Source: an uncultured Clostridia bacterium | GTDB taxonomy: Bacteria > Bacillota > Clostridia > Oscillospirales > Ruminococcaceae | Length of the DNA: 47,002 nucleotides | Assembly: GCA_947631055.1 (NCBI GenBank) | Contig: CANRJZ010000001.1 | Location: forward strand, 1-47,002 | Reading direction: 5' to 3' | In this document: one piece after another, positions 41,848 to 47,002 of the stretch | How positions within the stretch are numbered: the stretch's first letter is position 1 | Layout: the number at the start of each line of letters is the position of its first letter | Program-made: the position numbers and the translations under genes | Notes under the pieces: generated by a model | Databases searched by the model: none | Told to the model about the DNA's origin: nothing | The model's input: only the letters and a program-made list of their open reading frames with translations

Positions 41848-43722
41848 TCAGTCCTCGAAAAGAACGATAACGAAATCGCCGCCCTGAGTCATACCGTCAA
41901 ATTTTACCTTTCCGTTGCTGCCGACAGTTGACTTGTCAACAAGCTGGAGAGAATTTCTGGAAGAATTGTAACGGTAGATCTTAGCTGTGCAGCCTGCACG
42001 GTTTGTAGAATACTTAACTGTTACGCCTACCTGACCGCCGAATGTATTGCTGCTGATGGAGATCTGAGAAGTGCTGAGCGAATTGTTTACGCTTGTAGCC
42101 TTCTTTACCAGTCCGGAAGGAACATTCTTGGTGTTGTAAGTAACTGCAACATTGATATCCTTAGGAGAAGAGATGTCCTGACCGTTCATGGAAATAACAG
42201 CGCCGTTCTTGAGAGTGAAGTTTACATTAACGTTCTTGCCGTCAAGAGCGGTAAGTATTTCTTCGGGGATAGAAACTTCACCGTTAAGTGAAACGTTGAG
42301 AGTAGCGCCGCTCTTTGCGGATCTGATCTGGCTCCTTACATTGGACCAGCCGGACTTATTACCGATCTTTACTGCTGAACCGCCGAGGCTGTTCTTATTT
42401 GAAGAAGTGCCGCCCATATTCATAAAGTAGAGGTAATAAGGATCAAGATAATCCGTAGATGTGCTTGCGCTGGAGTTAAGTGCAATAACATATGAGGAGT
42501 TGTTTCTGGAAGCGTTGAGAGCAGCAGAATATGTAGAATAGAACTGACCTGTGTAACGTGAGAAGAAGTTACCTGTAGTTGTATAGCTGTGGTCATATGT
42601 TACCAGATTTGCATTGTATCCTGCTGCAGCATAAGCACTGCTCCATGTGTAGTAATAAAGTCCGTTTACTCTGTAAACAGCATTTTCTGTTGTTGCTGCT
42701 GCAGTGCCGGTAACATATACAGCACTAGTACGGAGATAGTTTGTAACTTCAGTAGCTGTGTAGTAGTTTCCGTCTGTGGGATCAAAGTAGCAGCGTGCAG
42801 AAGAATAAGCATATGTAGGACTCTTTGTGTAGTAATTAGCGCCTGCGCCTCTTGCAGCATAAAGTGCAGCAAGGTTAGGATACCATACTACGCCGTCGCA
42901 AGTATAGGAAAGTGCAGATGCATATCTGTATCCTGCGGGAACTATAGTGCTTCCTGTAATAGTAGGATCTGTAGTAGCTGATGTGGTGCTGCCGAGAACA
43001 TAGTTAGCGCCGCTCACGCCGTTTTCAGATTTTTTTATTTCATTTGAAGTATCATATGTAACATACTTTGTTCCGATCTCGCTTGCCAAAGTAGCTACGC
43101 CTATTTCGGTGCGGGTCGGCTGAGCAACATATTCATACTTAACAGCAGCAGGATTTCCGGGAGCGGGAGCATAAAGAGCCCATGTTCCTGTTGCATCGCT
43201 TTCCCACTGACCTGCCTGACCGTTCCAGTAATATCTTACGCTCGTTCCGTCAGCCAGCTTCTTTGCAGGAACTTCCTTGCCGGGGGTAGCAGCACCGTTC
43301 TGCATATAATATTCATATGCCTGCCACTGTGCAAGAGTTTTGTTAAAAATAGCATTTTCGTTCTCTACATTAGCCTTTGTTGTATCAAGAAGAGACGAAG
43401 CGTTTACACTATAGCCGTAATATTTTACTGCCTTGAGAGGTGTTCTTGTTGTACCAACAAAATCGCTCTCTGTAGGTTCCGTTACAGTCTGATTCTGTAT
43501 CAGGACATTTGTAGCTGATGTAAGGCTGAAAGCATAGTTGATCTTTCTGATCTGCCAGCTGAACTTATACGCTGTACCGCTCATGATAGGGAGGTTCGTT
43601 TCCTTATCCTTAACGGAATCATTGATGCTGATATCCGCACTTGCGGCAATAGCAACAGCCGGGATAGCTGTAAGACCTGCAAGACCGATCGCGGCAATTC
43701 TGCCAAGGGTTCTTTTCTTCAT
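41848..43722 (-). CDS. Tyr/Ala/Thr/Ser/Asn-rich secreted protein with internal repeats and a C-terminal beta-rich module (possible major surface protein)
   Basis: Signal peptide MKKRTLGRIAAIGLAGLTAIPAVAIAASA. About 50 Tyr by my count. Recurring motif Y..[ST]..[AS]A[LY].A[AS][GR].... AAAGGAGA RBS and codon bias like highly expressed genes. Confidence 0.8.
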   Translation of the reverse strand: MKKRTLGRIAAIGLAGLTAIPAVAIAASADISINDSVKDKETNLPIMSGTAYKFSWQIRKINYAFSLTSATNVLIQNQTVTEPTESDFVGTTRTPLKAVKYYGYSVNASSLLDTTKANVENENAIFNKTLAQWQAYEYYMQNGAATPGKEVPAKKLADGTSVRYYWNGQAGQWESDATGTWALYAPAPGNPAAVKYEYVAQPTRTEIGVATLASEIGTKYVTYDTSNEIKKSENGVSGANYVLGSTTSATTDPTITGSTIVPAGYRYASALSYTCDGVVWYPNLAALYAARGAGANYYTKSPTYAYSSARCYFDPTDGNYYTATEVTNYLRTSAVYVTGTAAATTENAVYRVNGLYYYTWSSAYAAAGYNANLVTYDHSYTTTGNFFSRYTGQFYSTYSAALNASRNNSSYVIALNSSASTSTDYLDPYYLYFMNMGGTSSNKNSLGGSAVKIGNKSGWSNVRSQIRSAKSGATLNVSLNGEVSIPEEILTALDGKNVNVNFTLKNGAVISMNGQDISSPKDINVAVTYNTKNVPSGLVKKATSVNNSLSTSQISISSNTFGGQVGVTVKYSTNRAGCTAKIYRYNSSRNSLQLVDKSTVGSNGKVKFDGMTQGGDFVIVLFED

Positions 43723-43796
43723 TTTAATATCTCCTTTTCAAATTTTTTATAGACTTTTTGAAAATTTTAAGCGAACTGAAAAATCTGCTTAATAAC

Positions 43797-43825
43797 AGTA
43801 TACTACATTATTTTCAAATTTGCAA
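43797..43825 (-). promoter_or_regulatory. Sigma-A promoter of the Tyr-rich protein gene
   Basis: Minus strand: TTGCAA (43825-43820), 17-nt spacer, TATACT (43802-43797). The 5' UTR is about 70 nt. Confidence 0.55.
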
Positions 43826-43882
43826 TAGGTATTTTGCTAAAAATCATTACAATTTTATGACGAAATGAGAGAAATCGTTGTT

Positions 43883-43918
43883 AAAAGGTTACAAATAAAT
43901 ATTTTTTTGTAACCTTTT
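43883..43918 (-). terminator. Terminator after tmcAL
   Basis: AAAAGGTTACAAA..TTTGTAACCTTTT is a perfect 13-bp stem with U-rich flanks. Confidence 0.75.
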
Positions 43919-43974
43919 GATATCATTTTGTAATAATTCCGTTTTTTAGGATAATATCGGCGGACGAACCGTCA

Positions 43975-45192
43975 TCACTGTATCTCTATCTTTGCCGTGA
44001 AATCCATTGCGCTCGGACGTATCGTCCTTGACGCCAGTCCGTAAAGATTGGTCGCGCGGTTTGAAATATCCGCAAATCTGCTTATAGGCGGTCTGTTAAG
44101 GTCAAGGAACTCCTTTAAGGACGTTCCGAACGGGATAGAATACTTATTGCCCTCGGTGTTCTCCTTTGCAGCGCGAAGTATTTCGGCGCCGCGCTCGTTG
44201 AGAGCGAGCACGCGTCCGTAAGGAGGCATTATCATCAGATCAGTTGCCTTTACTCCGGTATACATATCAAGCAGTATCCTTCTTATCCTTGCGGCGGTGT
44301 AGCTTTTTGTGCATGTGCGTTCAAGGAAATCGTCAATGGACATGGCGTCTATGCCCGCCCGGAACATAAGGTTCACAAGTCCGGGGTCCATATCGGGACA
44401 TTCCGTAAGCATAGGCGGTATAGTAGAGCGGAGTATGAACAGCAGTTCCCTTTCAAGATTATCAAAATATGCAAGCTGCTGCTTGTCCTCATATTCCTTG
44501 ACAAGTTCAGCAACATGCTTCGGAACATACTTGCTGATATCCTCGCCGTCCTCGATCATCTCGCGGATAAGGCTGCCGCTCGCTATGTTATCCGAAGGTT
44601 CCATACTGTCGTGAGAAGCTCCTTTGCGCTTTATGGTAAAAAGTTCGAACTCCAGTTTCAGCATTTTCATCGCTTTCAGGTACTCCACCGCAAGCGTATT
44701 GTTCGGCGAGTCAAAAACAGCCGCTATCATCGGTCCATGATCTATGGCTATAGCCTGCTGTATCGCCGCCGGGAAGGACATTCCCTGTTCAAGCAGAGGC
44801 TTTACCTTTGCCTCCATATTTTCTTTGGACGACATATTTAACGAAGCCATTGCCGCATTTTTGAGCAGATCTATATCTCCGCACTCGCTGCCGAAAGAAA
44901 CTCCGTCAACGCAGCCCAGTGCGCCGAGCATCATGATCCCCGCGCGGGCAAAATGTCCTGCGCTGGCAAGAGAATAAGCGGTAGGCATTTCTACGACCAG
45001 ATCGACTCCGCCTTCCACCGCAGCCTTTGCTCTGGCGAACTTATCTATCATAGCCACGTCGCCGCGCTGGACATAGTTGCCGCTCATTATGGCAACGATA
45101 TGCGTAGCGCCGTTTTTCCTTGTTTCCTCGATCTGATATGCATGACCGTTGTGGAATGGGTTGTATTCAGCTATTATACCATAAACTTTCAT
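43975..45192 (-). CDS. tmcAL: tRNA(Met) cytidine acetate ligase (YlbM/UPF0348 nucleotidyltransferase)
   Basis: MKVYGIIAEYNPFHNGHAYQIEETRK (HxGH) and MSGNYVQRGD. 405 aa. Confidence 0.85.
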   Translation of the reverse strand: MKVYGIIAEYNPFHNGHAYQIEETRKNGATHIVAIMSGNYVQRGDVAMIDKFARAKAAVEGGVDLVVEMPTAYSLASAGHFARAGIMMLGALGCVDGVSFGSECGDIDLLKNAAMASLNMSSKENMEAKVKPLLEQGMSFPAAIQQAIAIDHGPMIAAVFDSPNNTLAVEYLKAMKMLKLEFELFTIKRKGASHDSMEPSDNIASGSLIREMIEDGEDISKYVPKHVAELVKEYEDKQQLAYFDNLERELLFILRSTIPPMLTECPDMDPGLVNLMFRAGIDAMSIDDFLERTCTKSYTAARIRRILLDMYTGVKATDLMIMPPYGRVLALNERGAEILRAAKENTEGNKYSIPFGTSLKEFLDLNRPPISRFADISNRATNLYGLASRTIRPSAMDFTAKIEIQ

Positions 45193-45403
45193 TGTTTGAA
45201 ATTATCCTTTCTGTTGTTACTTCAAAAAGAGTGTACCTTATTATAGTATATGATTTTGCCTTATAAAATATGGAATTACTGTTACTATTTTCTGAAAATA
45301 TTGTAAAGCCACAAAATATTGACAAAAAAAGTATTGATTTTTGATGTTATTAGTAATAATATAGAAAATACAAATGAATTTTTCTGAAAGGATCGTTTTT
45401 ACT

Positions 45404-46603
45404 ATGATAATTCTTGTTGTAAACGCAGGAAGCTCTTCACTGAAGTATCAGCTCCTCGACATGAACGGCGAAAAAGTCATCGCCAAAGGCAACTGTGACC
45501 GTATCGGCATAGGCGGACATATCTCCCACAAGACCTTCGACGGCAGAACAGTCGATCAGGACTGCGATTTCCCCACTCATACCGAGGCTTTTGCAAAGCT
45601 CGTTGAGGTACTTACCACAGGAGACGCGGCAGTAATAAAGTCCATGGACGAGATCTCCGCCGTAGGACACCGCATCGTACAAGGCGCGGAAATATTCGAC
45701 AAAACTACCCTCGTTACCGACGAAGTTATAGATCAGATCGACAGCCTCAGCGAACTTGCGCCGGTACATAATCACCCGCATGCCCTTGCCCTCAGAGCCT
45801 GCAAAAAAGTTCTTCCGGCAAACGTTCCGCAGGTCGTTGTATTCGATACGGCTTTCCACCAGACAATGCCCGAAAAAGCATATATGTACGGCCTCCCCTA
45901 TGAGGATTACGAAAAATATCATGTCAGAAAATACGGTTTCCACGGAACATCGCACAGATTTGTCACCGCTGCTCTTGCCGACGCTATGGGCAAGGATATC
46001 AAAGACCTGAAAATAATTTCCTGCCACCTCGGCAACGGTTCATCAATAACTGCCGTAGACGGCGGAAAGTCCGTTGATACATCAATGGGATTTACTCCCC
46101 TTGACGGCGTTCTTATGGGAACAAGAACCGGCGCAGTTGACCCTTCCGCGGTAACATTCGTAGCTTCCAAGCATCATTTCACCACTTCCGAAATGAGCGA
46201 CTATATGAATAAAAAATCCGGCTTCCTTGGCGTATCCGGAATTTCCAGCGATAACAGGGATATCGGCGCGGCTGCCGCAAAGGGCGATAAGAGAGCGCAG
46301 CTGGCTTCCGAAATGCTGCAATATGATATCAAGAAGTATATCGGTTCATACGCTGCCGTTATGAACGGTCTTGACGCTGTAATATTTACCGGCGGTATCG
46401 GTGAGAATGCTCCGGAAGTCCGTGAGGGCGTATGTGAAAATATGGATTTTCTCGGCATAAAGATAGACAAGGAGCTCAACGGATCTGTACGCGGAAAGCT
46501 CCAGAAGATATCCGTACCCGACTCCAAGGTCGAAGTATGGGTAGTTCCTACCAATGAGGAGCTTCTCATAGCAAGAGACACCCTTGCACTTATCTCCAAG
46601 TAA
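45404..46603 (+). CDS. ackA: Acetate kinase
   Basis: MIILVVNAGSSSLKYQL, GHRIVQG, FDTAFHQTMP, YGFHGTSH and FTGGIGEN motifs. ATG at 45404 follows GAAAGGA. Confidence 0.95.
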   Translation: MIILVVNAGSSSLKYQLLDMNGEKVIAKGNCDRIGIGGHISHKTFDGRTVDQDCDFPTHTEAFAKLVEVLTTGDAAVIKSMDEISAVGHRIVQGAEIFDKTTLVTDEVIDQIDSLSELAPVHNHPHALALRACKKVLPANVPQVVVFDTAFHQTMPEKAYMYGLPYEDYEKYHVRKYGFHGTSHRFVTAALADAMGKDIKDLKIISCHLGNGSSITAVDGGKSVDTSMGFTPLDGVLMGTRTGAVDPSAVTFVASKHHFTTSEMSDYMNKKSGFLGVSGISSDNRDIGAAAAKGDKRAQLASEMLQYDIKKYIGSYAAVMNGLDAVIFTGGIGENAPEVREGVCENMDFLGIKIDKELNGSVRGKLQKISVPDSKVEVWVVPTNEELLIARDTLALISK

Positions 46604-46611
46604 TTTTCCTT

Positions 46612-46650
46612 TCAGCGGGCGGTGAAATACCGTCCGCTGAATTTTTGCTT
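46612..46650 (+). terminator. ackA terminator
   Basis: TCAGCGGGCGGT-GAAAT-ACCGTCCGCTGA (12 bp with one G-U) followed by ATTTTTGCTTT. Confidence 0.8.
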
Positions 46651-46658
46651 TAAAATTC

Positions 46659-46687
46659 TTGACAACAGCCGGCAAATATGATAGAAT
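46659..46687 (+). promoter_or_regulatory. Promoter of the tRNA-Ala gene
   Basis: TTGACA, 17-nt spacer, TGA-TAGAAT, ending 10 nt before the tRNA 5' end. Confidence 0.65.
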
Positions 46688-46697
46688 AATCAAGTAC

Positions 46698-46773
46698 GGG
46701 GGTATAGCTCAGTTGGGAGAGCGGTTGCTTCGCATGTAACAGGTCAGGGGTTCGAATCCCCTTATCTCCACCA
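46698..46773 (+). tRNA. tRNA-Ala (anticodon CGC) with encoded CCA
   Basis: Cloverleaf folded by hand: acceptor GGGGGUA/UAUCUCC with the G3:U70 pair, D arm GCUC-AGUUGGGA-GAGC, anticodon stem GUUGC/GUAAC with loop UUCGCAU, and T arm AGGGG-UUCGAAU-CCCCU. 76 nt. Confidence 0.93.
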
Positions 46774-46783
46774 CCAAGCTGAG

Positions 46784-46833
46784 CTTGGAGGCGAATATTC
46801 TTTTAGGGGAATATTCGTACTCCAAGTTTTTTT
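46784..46833 (+). terminator. tRNA terminator
   Basis: CTTGGAGGCGAATATTC..GAATATTCGTACTCCAAG is a long imperfect stem followed by TTTTTTT. Confidence 0.75.
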
Positions 46834-46946
46834 GTACAAGTCAAGTACACTGTGACAAATTTAAAAATTGCACTGTTCCTGCAGATCCTTTTGCAGACTG
46901 GATTTGCGGGAATTTATTTTTTGAATTTTTACGAGTTTTTAGTGAT

Positions 46947-46986
46947 TTGTCCTTTGTTTGTCCTTTATTGTAAGTTGTTGTCCTTT
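46947..46986 (+). repeat. Three direct copies of TTGTCCTTT (46947, 46958, 46978) downstream of the tRNA
   Basis: Read directly. The copies fall in different reading frames of the only open frame, so the repeat is at the DNA level. Confidence 0.7.
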
Positions 46987-47002
46987 GTGGTATCTTGGCT
47001 TT

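Noticed and set aside
1-47002. A search for CRISPR arrays, IS elements or transposases, integrases, toxin-antitoxin pairs, restriction-modification genes or other known defence genes
   Set aside because: I found no regularly spaced direct repeats and no ORF with transposase, recombinase, nuclease-methylase or toxin motifs. The window reads as core chromosome with a few lineage-specific envelope genes.

Overview
This is a 47-kb chromosomal segment of a spore-forming Firmicute of class Clostridia, judged from spoVT, a yigZ-dgt-dnaG-sigA gene string and tmcAL. An Oscillospiraceae/Ruminococcaceae-like origin is only a guess. I call 42 protein genes and one tRNA-Ala(CGC). I saw no rRNA, CRISPR array, transposase, integrase or phage genes.

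Most of the window is housekeeping:
- a P2-type Ca2+-ATPase, SpoVT, cardiolipin synthase, GalU and GalK, and a RodA/FtsW-family protein
- NAD salvage (pncA-pncB)
- 7-deazaguanine (queuosine precursor) genes split into queC-queF and queD-queE-folE
- the primase/sigma operon, ribosomal protein L31, TmcAL and AckA

Many genes carry near-consensus sigma-A promoters and clear hairpin terminators.

The less ordinary parts are:
1. An envelope locus at 14.4-20.9 kb. It holds a CpsB-type phosphatase, a fused Wzz/tyrosine kinase with two Tyr clusters, and an EpsG/Wzy-like protein with a hyper-acidic tail. Three uncharacterised envelope proteins follow, and no glycosyltransferase or flippase occurs anywhere in the window.
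2. A C-terminal ~100-aa module shared by two signal-peptide-bearing or membrane-anchored proteins here, and more loosely by a 624-aa Tyr-rich secreted protein at 41.8-43.7 kb.
3. A signal-peptide-less GH9 whose DAGD motif reads DSGG, flanked by two SGNH esterases.
4. Non-coding oddities: seven unrelated perfect hairpins at 7-284, a ~37-nt interspersed repeat, an orphan consensus promoter firing antisense into the phosphatase gene, and structured leaders upstream of queD, queC, rpmE and a zinc-ribbon gene.

I did not find a convincing new multi-gene defence or mobile system. The envelope locus and the shared module are my best candidates for undescribed biology. All homology calls rest on motifs read by eye and need database confirmation.
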